A stretch of 64,000 nucleotides of DNA from Chloroflexota bacterium (GTDB lineage Bacteria; Chloroflexota; UBA11872). A program made the position numbers and the translations under genes. Below the pieces are notes generated by a model. The model was not told where the DNA came from and did no database searches. It saw only the letters and a program-made list of their open reading frames with translations. The stretch is taken from positions 25,933-89,932 of the forward strand of contig JAJEGF010000011.1 of NCBI GenBank assembly GCA_022820025.1. The letters run 5' to 3'. Positions 1 through 10,334 of the stretch are shown here, one piece after another. Position 1 is the first letter of the stretch; each line of letters opens with the position of its first letter.

Positions 1-2
1 TG

Positions 3-569
3 GTGGGCGAGCTTCGCTCGCTGGCAGGTCCCCCGGCCTACGGCGGACCGGGCGCCGGAATGTTCGCCGTCAAGTCCCAGTTGATTCGCCGCGTCCCTGG
101 ACGAATCGCCGGACGCACGGTGGACCTGGACGGCAAGGACGCGTTCGTGCTGACCCTGCAGACCCGTGAACAACACATCCGCCGCGAACGAGCTACGTCC
201 AACATCACCACCAACCAGGCCCTGGTGACCCTGGGCGCCACGATCTCGCTCTCGGCACTGGGCCGTCGAGGTCTCCGCGAAATCGCTGAGCAGTCCTTGA
301 CCGCGGCTCATCACGCGGCCGAAGCTCTGGCCGGCGCCGGAGCCGTGATTGCCACCGACGCCCCCTATTTCAACGAGTTCGCGGTCCATGCCCCCGAAGG
401 CGCGGCGGCCCGGCTTGATCGACTGCGCCGCGACGGCAACGTGCTGGCAGGCGTGGATCTCAGTTGTGTGTCCCCCCGGTTCGACGATCTGATTCTCGTG
501 GCCGCCACGGAACTCACAACCGCCAGCGACGTCGAAGCGTTGGCCGCGGCCTGGGCTCGTTCCCGATGA
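3..569 (+). CDS. gcvPA: Glycine dehydrogenase (decarboxylating) subunit 1, 5'-truncated by the window edge
   Basis: Motifs GGP..G, PGRIAGRTVD and LTLQTREQHIRRERATSNITTNQAL; its stop overlaps the gcvPB start (ATGA at 566-569). Confidence 0.95.
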   Translation: MGELRSLAGPPAYGGPGAGMFAVKSQLIRRVPGRIAGRTVDLDGKDAFVLTLQTREQHIRRERATSNITTNQALVTLGATISLSALGRRGLREIAEQSLTAAHHAAEALAGAGAVIATDAPYFNEFAVHAPEGAAARLDRLRRDGNVLAGVDLSCVSPRFDDLILVAATELTTASDVEALAAAWARSR

Positions 570-2023
570 CCGACGAACCCCTGATCTACGACCTTTCCAG
601 CCCAGGCCGGCGAGGCGTGCATTCGCCGCTGCCGCAGTTCGATCCCGTTGATCCTGGCGACGTGTTGCCATCGTCGGAACTTCGGACCGACCTGCCGCTG
701 CCTGAAGCTTCCGAAATCGACGTCATGCGCCATTTCCTCCGTCTGTCGCACAAGAACCACAGCGTGGATACGGCCATGTATCCGCTCGGTTCCTGCACCA
801 TGAAGTACAACCCCAAGGTCAACGAGGTCACGGCCCGCACCCCCGGACTGGCCGACATTCACCCCTATCAGCCGCCCGAAACGGCTCAGGGCGCGTTGGA
901 GTTGATCTACGAGCTCGAAGCCTTGCTGGCCTCGATTACTGGCTTCCCGGCCGTCTCCACCCAGCCGGCCGCCGGTTCGCAGGGTGAGCTTTGCGGCTTG
1001 CTCAGCATCCTGGCCTGGCACGAGTCGCGCGCGGAAACCCGTACCCAGGTCTTGGTGCCCGACTCGGCGCATGGCACCAATCCCGCCACGGGAACGATGA
1101 GTGGCCTTGAGGTCATCAGCCTGCCCACCGCCGACGACGGCGGCATCGACTTGCAGAACCTCAAGGAGAGTCTTGGCCCAGGCGTTGCAGCCATCATGCT
1201 CACGCTGCCGAGCACCCTGGGCCTGTTCGAACGCCGCATCGCGGAGGTCGTTGAGCTGGTTCACGCCGCGGGCGCGCAGGTCTACTGCGACGGCGCCAAC
1301 ATGAACGCCATGCTGGGCCGCGTGCGTCCCGCCGATCTGGGCATTGACGTGATGCACCTGAATTTACATAAGACATTCAGCACGCCGCATGGCGGTGGCG
1401 GTCCGGGGGCCGGGGCCCTCGCCGTGCAGGCTCACCTGGAACCGTTCCTGCCAGAGCCGCGGGTGGTTCGGAAGGGCGACACCTTTGCGCTGGCGGAGCC
1501 GTCGCCCACCAGCATCGGCCGCGTGCACAGCCACCTCGGCAACTTCGGCAATCTCGTGCGCGCCTACACATTCATCCGCTCGCTGGGCGCCGAAGGCTTG
1601 CGCGAGGCCGCCGATGACGCCGTGCTCAACGCCAACTACCTGCGCGCCTCGCTGTCGGACGACTACGACCTGCCCTACGACCGCACCTGCATGCACGAAG
1701 TCGTCCTGGCCGGCACCCGCCAACGGCGCCTGGGTGTGCGAACCCTCGATATCGCCAAGCGGCTCATCGATTACGGCATCCACCCGCCCACGATCTATTT
1801 CCCGATCATCGTGGACGAGGCCTTGATGATCGAGCCAACCGAGACCGAGTCCCGCGAGTCGCTCGATAACTTCATTGACGTCATGCGCCGCATCGCCCGC
1901 GAAGCCGAATCCGATCCCGACAAGCTCCACGATGCCCCCGTCAACGCCCCCGTCCGCCGCCTCGACGAAGTCACCGCCAACCGGCGACCGAACGTCCGGC
2001 GGGTCCCGGAAAGCGGCGACTAG
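566..2023 (+). CDS. gcvPB: Glycine dehydrogenase (decarboxylating) subunit 2
   Basis: YPLGSCTMKYNPK, PDSAHGTNPA and the PLP-lysine motif HLNLHKTFSTPHGGGGPG; start moved to ATG 566 (coupled to gcvPA) from the track's 464. Confidence 0.95.
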   Translation: MTDEPLIYDLSSPGRRGVHSPLPQFDPVDPGDVLPSSELRTDLPLPEASEIDVMRHFLRLSHKNHSVDTAMYPLGSCTMKYNPKVNEVTARTPGLADIHPYQPPETAQGALELIYELEALLASITGFPAVSTQPAAGSQGELCGLLSILAWHESRAETRTQVLVPDSAHGTNPATGTMSGLEVISLPTADDGGIDLQNLKESLGPGVAAIMLTLPSTLGLFERRIAEVVELVHAAGAQVYCDGANMNAMLGRVRPADLGIDVMHLNLHKTFSTPHGGGGPGAGALAVQAHLEPFLPEPRVVRKGDTFALAEPSPTSIGRVHSHLGNFGNLVRAYTFIRSLGAEGLREAADDAVLNANYLRASLSDDYDLPYDRTCMHEVVLAGTRQRRLGVRTLDIAKRLIDYGIHPPTIYFPIIVDEALMIEPTETESRESLDNFIDVMRRIAREAESDPDKLHDAPVNAPVRRLDEVTANRRPNVRRVPESGD

Positions 2024-2120
2024 TCTTCGACGCACTGTTGGCGTGCCGGTCCAATTGCTCTCGCACGCCCTTGCGCCGGTCGTTGATCCGCCGCCCGACG
2101 CGTCGACTAGCGTGCGGCAG

Positions 2121-3002
2121 CTAGTTCACCGACTGCCAGACGCGCTGCAACTCGCGGTAACCGATGATCTGGATGCCTTCTTCATCCACGATCCGCGCGG
2201 CTTCCGCGGACACGGCGACATCAAAGTCGGACTGTCGGCCTTCCGGCGTCCCGGTAACGCCCGGCACCCTCGGATCGGCCATTACCGCGCGCAATTCGTC
2301 CGTCGCGATGCCGGGATGCAGTGCCCATTCACTCAGGCCGGCCGGTAACTCTCGCAGCTTCGTGGCCAACGCCGCGACTTTCTGTTCAGGCGGAATCCGG
2401 CCTGAGTCCAGCACGCCGTGCTCTGCGGCTGGCAACCCTTGCTCCAGCAGGCTCCGCACCAGGTGTGCCGACCCTGCGCGCATCGCCAGCCCGTATTCGC
2501 GAGCCAGGCGGAACACCAGATCGAAGATGTCGTCTCGAAACTCATGCGGACCGTAATGCGTGTCCAGGTGGGTCGGCTGAAGCCGTAGCGCCTTGACGGC
2601 CTCGATCTGAGCTCGAAACTCCGTCTCCAACTCAGCGATGTCGGCCGTCGCCAGCAGGTGCTCGAACCGGTCGTCACCGAAGAAATACCCGGACTCATCC
2701 AGCAGCGACGAAACCTCCGCCGGCGGCGCCAGCGGTCCCCACCGGTAGTGCCGGTACTCGGAAACGATGGTCAGGTGCACAGCGAAAGAAACTTCGGGAT
2801 GCCGACGCAGAAACTCAGCTGCATGCAAACACCAGGGTGTCGACGCCATCAGCGAGCACGAACTCACAAGGCCCTCGGTAATCGACCGCATGGCCCCGAG
2901 GTTTTGACCATGGCACATGCCGAAGTCATCGGCATTGACGATCAGCAAGCGGGCGTCGGCGGGGTACCCGAGCAACTCGTTGGCTCCTGGAACGCCTGCC
3001 AT
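2121..3002 (-). CDS. ChbG/YdjC-family carbohydrate deacetylase
   Basis: LIVNADDFG, HLT, PTHLDTH and EWALHPG motifs. Confidence 0.85.
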   Translation of the reverse strand: MAGVPGANELLGYPADARLLIVNADDFGMCHGQNLGAMRSITEGLVSSCSLMASTPWCLHAAEFLRRHPEVSFAVHLTIVSEYRHYRWGPLAPPAEVSSLLDESGYFFGDDRFEHLLATADIAELETEFRAQIEAVKALRLQPTHLDTHYGPHEFRDDIFDLVFRLAREYGLAMRAGSAHLVRSLLEQGLPAAEHGVLDSGRIPPEQKVAALATKLRELPAGLSEWALHPGIATDELRAVMADPRVPGVTGTPEGRQSDFDVAVSAEAARIVDEEGIQIIGYRELQRVWQSVN

Positions 3003-3159
3003 TTCAGTTCTCCCGCATGCTGCTGTTGCTCGCCGTTACCGCGTCTGACCACCCCGGAATCGAGGCCGATTCTCGTATGATTCCGCTTGAGTTCGCAGGT
3101 CGCGCGCGGCCGCGTTTGCGCTTGGCACCGCCGCCGAATCTAGCAGAGGGGAACTTCTG

Positions 3160-5013
3160 ATGAAGAAGACCATGGCGCAGGCGCTCGTTGAATTCCTCAA
3201 GGTTCAGCACGTCGCCCGTGACGGTCGCCAGCAGCCGTTCTTTGCCGGCTGTTTCGGCATCTTTGGCCACGGCAACGTGGCCGGCGTGGGCGAGGCGCTG
3301 CAGGAGAACCCCGACTTCCGCTACTACCAGGCCCGCAACGAGCAGTCGATGGTCCACAGTGCCATCGGCTACGCCAAAATGAAGAACCGGTTGGGAACCC
3401 TGGCCTGCACCTCGTCAATCGGACCGGGCGCCACCAACATGGTCACCGGCGCCGCCACCGCCACCATCAATCGGCTCCCGGTGCTACTACTACCTGGTGA
3501 CATCTTTTCCAACCGCAAGGTTGCGCCGGTATTGCAGCAGTTGGAAGCACCCTGGTCGCACGATGTTTCCGTCAACGATTGCTTTCGCCCCGTGTCCACC
3601 TACTGGGACCGGATCAACCGGCCCGACCAACTGGTCCCGGCACTTATGGAAACAATGCGTGTCCTGACCTCGCCCGCCTCCACCGGCGCAGTCACGCTCT
3701 GCCTGCCGCAGGACGTCCAAACCGAGGCCTACGACTACCCCGACGACCTGTTCGAGCCCCGCGTCTGGGACATTCCGCGCGCCCGGCCAGACGCCGGCCT
3801 GGTGCAACGGGCTGCCGCCTGGATCCGGGAAAGCCAACGCCCGCTGATCATCGCCGGCGGAGGCGTGCTCTACAGCGAGGCGTCGGCCACCCTGCAGACG
3901 TTCGTTGAAGCCACCGGTATCCCGGTCTCCGAGACCAAAGCTGGCAAGGGCGCGTTGCCGCACGACCATCCCCAGGTCCTGGGCGCCGTAGGATTCTCCG
4001 GCGGCACGGCCGCCAACCTCGTGGCCCGCGATGCCGACCTGATCATCGGCATCGGCACCCGCTACACCGACTTCACCACTGCCTCCAAGACCCAGTTCCA
4101 GAGCCCGGACGTGCGCTTCATCAACATCAACGTGGCCGAACTGGACGCCTATAAGCACGCCGCGCTGCCGCTGCAAGGCGACGCCAGGGTCGTGCTTGAG
4201 GAACTGGCCGAGGCCACGGCCGGATTCCGCGTCCCGTCGTCGTTCGGTCAGCAAGTTGACGCCTGGCGCGATGCCTGGATCGCCGAAACCGACAGCCAGC
4301 GGGCCGCCACCGACGCGATTCCGCTGCGGCAAGGCCATGTCTTGGGCGTCGTCAACGACTTCACCCGGCCTCAAGACGTCGTCGTCTGCGCCGCCGGCAG
4401 TCTTCCCGGCGACCTTCACAAGCTCTGGCGCACCGGGCAGCCGGGCGGCTTCCACCTGGAGTACGGCTACTCCTGCATGGGCTACGAGATCGCCGGCGGC
4501 ATCGGCGCCAAGATGGCGGCGCCCGAACGCGAGGTCTACGTGTTGGTCGGCGACGGCTCCTACCTGATGATGGCGCAGGAGCTTGTCACTGCTCTTCAGG
4601 AGGGCATCAAGATCAATGTCGTCCTGCTGGACAATCACGGCTGGGGCAGCATCCGGGCGCTTTCCACCGATGTCGGAGCGGACGGCTGGGGCACCCAATA
4701 CCGATTCCGCAATGGCTCGTCGGGCGAACTGGACGGCGACACCATTCCGCTCGACCTGGCCGCTAACGCGGAGGGCCTGGGCATGAACGTCATCCGCGCC
4801 GACACCGCCGACGACCTGCAGGAGGCCCTGGAAGACGCGCGCGAATCCGACCGCTCAACGCTCATCGCGGTGGACGTCAGCGCCGACGACGGTGTGCCCA
4901 CCTACGAGTCATGGTGGGACGTGCCGGTGTCGGAGGTTTCGACCATCGAGGGCGTTCAGGCCTCGCGTGAACGCTATGCCGAGATGGTCAGGAACGAGCG
5001 CCCGCTCATTTGA
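3160..5013 (+). CDS. iolD: 3D-(3,5/4)-trihydroxycyclohexane-1,2-dione acylhydrolase (TPP-dependent)
   Basis: TMAQALVEFL, GIFGHGNVAG, TSSIGPGATNM, PVLQQLE, HLEYGYSCMGYEIAG, GDGSYLM and SWWDVPV are diagnostic for IolD. Confidence 0.95.
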   Translation: MKKTMAQALVEFLKVQHVARDGRQQPFFAGCFGIFGHGNVAGVGEALQENPDFRYYQARNEQSMVHSAIGYAKMKNRLGTLACTSSIGPGATNMVTGAATATINRLPVLLLPGDIFSNRKVAPVLQQLEAPWSHDVSVNDCFRPVSTYWDRINRPDQLVPALMETMRVLTSPASTGAVTLCLPQDVQTEAYDYPDDLFEPRVWDIPRARPDAGLVQRAAAWIRESQRPLIIAGGGVLYSEASATLQTFVEATGIPVSETKAGKGALPHDHPQVLGAVGFSGGTAANLVARDADLIIGIGTRYTDFTTASKTQFQSPDVRFININVAELDAYKHAALPLQGDARVVLEELAEATAGFRVPSSFGQQVDAWRDAWIAETDSQRAATDAIPLRQGHVLGVVNDFTRPQDVVVCAAGSLPGDLHKLWRTGQPGGFHLEYGYSCMGYEIAGGIGAKMAAPEREVYVLVGDGSYLMMAQELVTALQEGIKINVVLLDNHGWGSIRALSTDVGADGWGTQYRFRNGSSGELDGDTIPLDLAANAEGLGMNVIRADTADDLQEALEDARESDRSTLIAVDVSADDGVPTYESWWDVPVSEVSTIEGVQASRERYAEMVRNERPLI

Positions 5014-5088
5014 CCGACCATGCGCGCGATCTTCAATGACGTTGCATCGTCGCCATTACGCCTCGCCGACTAACGGGAGAGATACGCC

Positions 5089-6054
5089 ATGAAACTTGGC
5101 CTGTACATGGACATCCTCAACGACATGTCCTTCACCGAAGCGCTTGATTACGCCGCTGGCCTCGGCCTTGACGCCGTGGAAGTCGGCACCGGCAACTTCT
5201 CCGCCGCTCCCCACTGTGACCTGGACGAATTGGTCCAAAGCCAGGCCGCGCGCGACGACTTCATGGGCGCCGTCACCGACCGTGGCCTCGTCCTGTCGGC
5301 GCTCAACTGCTCCGGCAACCTGCTGGACCCGCACCCCGAACGCCGCCTGCGTTGTCAGCAGGTCTACTACGACACGATCCGGGTGGCCAAAGACCTGGGG
5401 CTGGACATCGTCATTACCCAGAGCGGCTGTCCGGGCGCGCCGGACGGCGGGACCTATCCCAACTGGGTCACGGCCACTTGGCCGGCCGAATATGTGGAGT
5501 GCGGGCAGCGGCAATGGGCCGAGGAGGTTACCCCCTTCTGGACTGAGGCCGGCCGCTTCGCCGCCGACCATGACATGAAGATCGCGATCGAAATGCACCA
5601 CGGCATGGTCGCCTACAACCCGCGGTCCCTGTTGCAGCTACGCGACATTGCCGGCGATCTGCTGGGCGCCAACCTGGACCCCAGCCACCTTTGGCCCCAG
5701 GGCATGGAGCCGACGGTCGTGGTGCAGGGACTGGCAGGCTGCATCTGGCACGTGCACGCCAAGGACACCGGCATCGACCCCAACGAAGCCGCCCTTAATG
5801 GCCTGCTCGAGATCCGTCCCTGGGATCAGTCCTTCGAGCGCTCATGGGCCTTCCGCACCGTCGGCTACGGCCATGGCGAACTCTGGTGGCGCCAGTTCTT
5901 CAGCGCCCTCCGCAAGACCGGATTCGACGGTGTGGTCAGCATGGAGCACGAAGACCGCTGGATGGGTCGACTTGAAGGACTGGAAAAGAGCGTTGACTTC
6001 CTGCGGCCACTACTCCTCCAGGACCAGCAGGACGTGATTGCGCCGCGCGCCTAG
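5089..6054 (+). CDS. Sugar phosphate isomerase/epimerase family TIM barrel (xylose isomerase-like)
   Basis: Metal-ligand motifs IEMH, NLDPSH, HVHAKD and SMEHED; RBS GGGAG; its TAG overlaps the convergent gene's stop in CTAG at 6051-6054. Confidence 0.85.
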   Translation: MKLGLYMDILNDMSFTEALDYAAGLGLDAVEVGTGNFSAAPHCDLDELVQSQAARDDFMGAVTDRGLVLSALNCSGNLLDPHPERRLRCQQVYYDTIRVAKDLGLDIVITQSGCPGAPDGGTYPNWVTATWPAEYVECGQRQWAEEVTPFWTEAGRFAADHDMKIAIEMHHGMVAYNPRSLLQLRDIAGDLLGANLDPSHLWPQGMEPTVVVQGLAGCIWHVHAKDTGIDPNEAALNGLLEIRPWDQSFERSWAFRTVGYGHGELWWRQFFSALRKTGFDGVVSMEHEDRWMGRLEGLEKSVDFLRPLLLQDQQDVIAPRA

Positions 6055-7214
6055 CCCCCGTCCGACGCCGCGGCCAGCGCCGTAACGCCCTCGCCGTAAA
6101 CCGGGTCATCCGAGTCCAGCGGCAACGCCACCGGCCGCCGCCGCGCCGCCGAGGCATAGCACGCCAGTACCGTATCCACCGCTCGCGCCCCATCCTCGCC
6201 CGTGCTCCGAGGCTGACGCCCCTCGGTCACCGCCGCAACGACGTCGCTTACCAGGTTCAGGTACGAATTCTGCATGTTGTACCCGTCAAACGCCCAGGCC
6301 AGCCGCTCGTCCTCGCTCGCGTGCGCGGAATCCGCGTCGGCGATGACGCCCTCGACCTCCAGCGGCTGCGTCGTCATCCCGTCGGAAGTGAACGCCGAGT
6401 GGAACCGGTCGAACGGCGTCGTGCCGTTGTTGATATAGCGCAGCCAGAGACGCCCCTCGGTTCCGCCGACCCCAATCCCGCCGGGCCCAAGGCCCCAGCC
6501 GAGGTTCAGGCTGGCGTATACGTCACCAAGTCGCAGGTGGCACATCGCGAGGTCGTCGACCGGCAGTGGACCTTCACCGGTTCGGCGGATCATCGCCGAG
6601 ACTTCGCTCACGGGCGCGTTTGCCAGCCAGCTCATCACGTAGAGCGGATGCAGCATGTCCATCAGGATCCCGCCGCCCGCGCGCCCCAGGTCACGGCGCC
6701 AGCCCGGCTGAAAGGTCGCCGCGCCCGGGTTATCCGGCACGCACAGCAGGTTGGCGCTGATCGTCTGAACCTCGCCGATCACGCCCTTGTCGATTGCCGC
6801 CTTCGCCGCCTCGAACTCCGGAAAAAACAGGTAGTTGTGCATCATGGCAAGCACGCGGTCGGCGCGCTCGGCCGCTTCCGCCATCTCCCAGGCGTCCCGC
6901 GGAACCGCCGCCAGCGGCTTCTCGGCTAGCACGTGCTTTCCGGCATTGAGCGCCGTCAGCACCGGCGCTTTGCGCAGCCAGGGCGGCGTTGCCACCACCA
7001 CGAGATCAAGGTCCGGCAGCGACGCCAGGTCCTCGGCGTCGGCAAATCGACGCTCGGCTGGAATGCCCTGCTCGTCGCCCACACGCTCCAGGTTCGGCGG
7101 GGTCACGTCCGCAATCGCGCTCAGCTCGACCTGCGGATGACTCGCCAGTCCCGGCGCGTGAACGCCCCCGCCCATGCTCCCGCAGCCAATCAGGCCCGCG
7201 CGCAGCTTCGTCAT
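6051..7214 (-). CDS. Gfo/Idh/MocA family NAD(P)-dependent oxidoreductase
   Basis: GLIGCGSMG, AGKHVLAEKP and GGGILMDMLH; start at ATG 7214, because the track's extension to 7607 overlaps the ATPase. Confidence 0.9.
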   Translation of the reverse strand: MTKLRAGLIGCGSMGGGVHAPGLASHPQVELSAIADVTPPNLERVGDEQGIPAERRFADAEDLASLPDLDLVVVATPPWLRKAPVLTALNAGKHVLAEKPLAAVPRDAWEMAEAAERADRVLAMMHNYLFFPEFEAAKAAIDKGVIGEVQTISANLLCVPDNPGAATFQPGWRRDLGRAGGGILMDMLHPLYVMSWLANAPVSEVSAMIRRTGEGPLPVDDLAMCHLRLGDVYASLNLGWGLGPGGIGVGGTEGRLWLRYINNGTTPFDRFHSAFTSDGMTTQPLEVEGVIADADSAHASEDERLAWAFDGYNMQNSYLNLVSDVVAAVTEGRQPRSTGEDGARAVDTVLACYASAARRRPVALPLDSDDPVYGEGVTALAAASDGG

Positions 7215-7257
7215 CACGAGTGTCCCCTGTGCGAACGCCGCTGACGCGCCCGCCCCG

Positions 7258-8382
7258 TTATCCGATAGCCTCCTGGCTATCGCCGTCGAACAGTCGGATC
7301 CGGTCCGGCTTCGGACGAATCCAGATGTCCTCGCCCGGCTGACCGGCAAACGTCGTTTCCGCCCGTGCCTTGACGCGCGTGTCCTCGTCCAGCAGCACGT
7401 CAACCAGCACTTCGCTGCCCATCGGCTCCACCGCGAATATCGTGGCCTTCGCGTAGTCCGCCTGCTCCATGAAGGAGAGTTCCATCGCCTCCGGACGCGC
7501 GCCCGCAATGGCGGGCCTGTCGACCCGTGGCCGGCGCAGGACAGCCGTCGCCGCGTCGCCGGCGACGGCCCAGGAGAAGCCGTCGCCTTTGAGGCGAACC
7601 CAACCATTGGTGCTGGTCAACGTTCCTGACACCAGGCTCATCCCCGGACTGCCCACGAAATGCCCGACGAACGCATTGGCGGGCCGGTCGTAAATGTCCA
7701 TCGGCGAGCCGACCTGCAGCACCTTGGCGTCCCGCATCACCGTAATCCGGTCGGCCATCGCCAGCGCTTCGGCCTGGTCGTGGGTTACGTAGATGGCCGT
7801 GGTTCCCAACTGTCGTTGCAGGTACTTCAACTCACCGCGCATCTCCATCCGCAGCTCGGCGTCCAGGTTTGAAAGCGGCTCGTCGAACAGGAAGACGTTC
7901 GGCTCCCGAATGATGGCGCGGGCCAGTGCCACCCGCTGCCGCTGGCCGCCGCTCAACTCTCGCGGCTTGCGCTCCATCAGCTCCGGGATCCGCAGCAGTT
8001 CGGCAACTTCCTTCACGCGCTCGCCGATTCGCGCCTTGGGCGTCTTGCGAATCTTCAGCGGGTAACCAATGTTGTCCGCCACCTTCATGTGCGGGTACAG
8101 CGCATAGCTCTGGAACACCATCGCCACGTTCCGCGCGCGCGGCGGCACCTTATTCACCACGGTGTTGCCGATCTTGATCGTCCCCGCGGTCGCCATCTCC
8201 AGACCGGCGATCATCCGCAGGGACGTCGTCTTCCCGCAGCCCGACGGCCCCAGCAGGACCATGAACTCGCCTTCCTGCACGTGCAGGTCCACTTCGTCAA
8301 CCGCGATCACGCTGCCGAAATGCTTCGATACGTTCTCGAATGTGACGGGCAGCGAACGCGTGCGTGTTGTTGTGTCGCTCAT
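7258..8382 (-). CDS. Carbohydrate ABC transporter ATP-binding protein (MalK/UgpC-like)
   Basis: Walker A GPSGCGKT, VFQSYALYPH, LSGGQRQR, FDEPLSNLD and YVTHDQ. Confidence 0.95.
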   Translation of the reverse strand: MSDTTTRTRSLPVTFENVSKHFGSVIAVDEVDLHVQEGEFMVLLGPSGCGKTTSLRMIAGLEMATAGTIKIGNTVVNKVPPRARNVAMVFQSYALYPHMKVADNIGYPLKIRKTPKARIGERVKEVAELLRIPELMERKPRELSGGQRQRVALARAIIREPNVFLFDEPLSNLDAELRMEMRGELKYLQRQLGTTAIYVTHDQAEALAMADRITVMRDAKVLQVGSPMDIYDRPANAFVGHFVGSPGMSLVSGTLTSTNGWVRLKGDGFSWAVAGDAATAVLRRPRVDRPAIAGARPEAMELSFMEQADYAKATIFAVEPMGSEVLVDVLLDEDTRVKARAETTFAGQPGEDIWIRPKPDRIRLFDGDSQEAIG

Positions 8383-9221
8383 GCTCCCGAGACTCCACCG
8401 AGGGTCAGGCCCCGGATCAGGTTGCGCTGGACCAACAGCGTGAAGATTAAGACCGGAATGATCGAGATGGCCGAGGCCGCCATCATGCGGCCGTACAGGA
8501 TGTCGAACTGCGTGACCTGATTTGCGACCGCGATCGGCAGCGTCTGCGCTTCCGTGCGCGTGAGAATCAGCGAAAACAGGAACTCATTCCAGGACGCAAT
8601 CAGAACCAGGATCGAAGTCGCCGCCAGTCCCGGTCGCACCAGCGGGACGATCACCTTGCGAAACGCGCCCAGCCAGTGGTCGCCGTCCACCATGGCCGCT
8701 TCTTCCAGATCTCGCGGGATGTCGCGGAAGAACCCCAGCATCATCCACACCGCCAGCGGGAGCTCCAGCATCGAGTGGACCAGCCCCATGCCAATGTGGG
8801 TGTCGATCAGGCCAACCTGCGTGAAGAAAATGAACAGCGGAACCACGGTCACCGTCTGCGGAAACATGCGGACGGTCAGGATGAAAAACAAGATGTGGTA
8901 GTTCAGGCCCCACGGCAGTTGGAATCGGGAAAGTCCGTACGCCGCCAGGCTGCCCACGGTGATGGCGATCGAGGTCGCGATCACCGCAATGATGACGCTA
9001 TTCATAATCTGTTCGCCGAATCCGCGCTTCCCAAGCACCGCCTCAAACCACTCCAGCGTGAACTCCTGCGGCCAGATCGTCGGCGGGATCTGCGAGAACT
9101 CCGACTCGGTCTTGAGCCCGATCATCAGCATCCAGTAGACCGGCGCCAGCACCATCAGCACCACCCCGAGCATCAGCACGTGGCGGCTCAGGACAAGTGG
9201 CGCGCTGCGTTCACCAACCAT
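8379..9221 (-). CDS. Carbohydrate ABC transporter permease (MalG-like)
   Basis: Multiple TM helices, EAA loop LEEAAMVDG and SWNEFL. Confidence 0.93.
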   Translation of the reverse strand: MVGERSAPLVLSRHVLMLGVVLMVLAPVYWMLMIGLKTESEFSQIPPTIWPQEFTLEWFEAVLGKRGFGEQIMNSVIIAVIATSIAITVGSLAAYGLSRFQLPWGLNYHILFFILTVRMFPQTVTVVPLFIFFTQVGLIDTHIGMGLVHSMLELPLAVWMMLGFFRDIPRDLEEAAMVDGDHWLGAFRKVIVPLVRPGLAATSILVLIASWNEFLFSLILTRTEAQTLPIAVANQVTQFDILYGRMMAASAISIIPVLIFTLLVQRNLIRGLTLGGVSGA

Positions 9222-9234
9222 GGTTATCTCACAC

Positions 9235-10158
9235 CTATGCCTGCAGAATGCGTCGGATGTAGACCGTCGCCAAGATAATCAAAACGACTTGAAACATGAC
9301 GGATAAGGCCGAGGCATATCCAAAGTTGAAATGAGTGAACGCATATTTGTAAATCGATAGCGTCACGGTCTCGGTCGATGAACCCGGACCGCCCCGCGTC
9401 ATGACCAGCATCCGGTCGGCGATACGTGCGGCATCCAGCGTTCGCAGCAGCAGGACCACCACGAACGTGGGCCGCAGCAGGGGAATCGTGACGTCGCGGA
9501 AGATCTGCCAGGGCGATGCACCGTCGATGGCGGCCGCTTCGTAGGGATCCTGCGGCAGCGACAGAATCCCCGCATACATCAGGATGAATACGAACATGCT
9601 GGACTGCCAGATGTCGATCAGCATGATCGACGGCAGCGCCGTGCGGTCGTCGGCTAGCCAGAGCTGCGACTCGATCCCCACCAGGCTCAGCAGATAGTTC
9701 AGCACGCCGAAGTTCACGTCCATCATCACCAACCAGCCCGCGCCCACGCTGACCGGCGGCAGTACCAGCGGAATGATCAGCGCCGCGGTAAAGATCATCC
9801 GCGCGCGCGAATGCAGCTTGCTCATCAGGAACGCGATGATCAGGCCGACGACGATCTCGGCGGATACGACGACAAGCACCCAGACGCCCGTTCGAATCGT
9901 CGAGCCGATGATCAGGTTGTCGCTGAACACCTTCGTGAAATTCGCGAAGCCGATCGGCTCGATCTCGAGCTCGCCAAGCTTGAAGGTCACCCGCGAAAAG
10001 GCCATGCGCCAGCTCATGATGGCCGGGAAAACTGCCATCACGGCCAGCAGCGCAAGGGATGGCGCTATGAAGAAGTACTTGAGGTGCGTCTCCCACCAGG
10101 GAGTCTTGGCGATGGCCTGCAGGTCGTCGCCGCGGCGCCGGCGCAGGACGTTAAGCAC
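9235..10158 (-). CDS. Carbohydrate ABC transporter permease (MalF-like)
   Basis: GFANF, YEAAAIDGA, TRGGPG and FGYASA; start uncertain (GTG 10158 or ATG 10203). Confidence 0.9.
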   Translation of the reverse strand: MLNVLRRRRGDDLQAIAKTPWWETHLKYFFIAPSLALLAVMAVFPAIMSWRMAFSRVTFKLGELEIEPIGFANFTKVFSDNLIIGSTIRTGVWVLVVVSAEIVVGLIIAFLMSKLHSRARMIFTAALIIPLVLPPVSVGAGWLVMMDVNFGVLNYLLSLVGIESQLWLADDRTALPSIMLIDIWQSSMFVFILMYAGILSLPQDPYEAAAIDGASPWQIFRDVTIPLLRPTFVVVLLLRTLDAARIADRMLVMTRGGPGSSTETVTLSIYKYAFTHFNFGYASALSVMFQVVLIILATVYIRRILQA

Positions 10159-10210
10159 AGACGCGCCGCCCGAGCGCAGGTTGCATTGTTCGACATGACG
10201 CAAAAGGCCC

Positions 10211-10238
10211 GGCGGCGCTCACCTTCGTGAGCGCCGCC
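10211..10238 (-). terminator. Stem-loop between solute-binding protein and permease (terminator or mRNA-stabilising hairpin)
   Basis: Perfect 12-bp stem GGCGGCGCTCAC-CTTC-GTGAGCGCCGCC, followed on the minus strand by GGGCCTTTTG. Confidence 0.65.
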
Positions 10239-10334
10239 AGGCCCGGGCCTGGTTGCGTAACCAGTTCCGCGATCACCGTGCGACCGGGCGGCGCTAGGCC
10301 GACGCGATCCCGGCGATCGTGGTTCTCAGCGTCC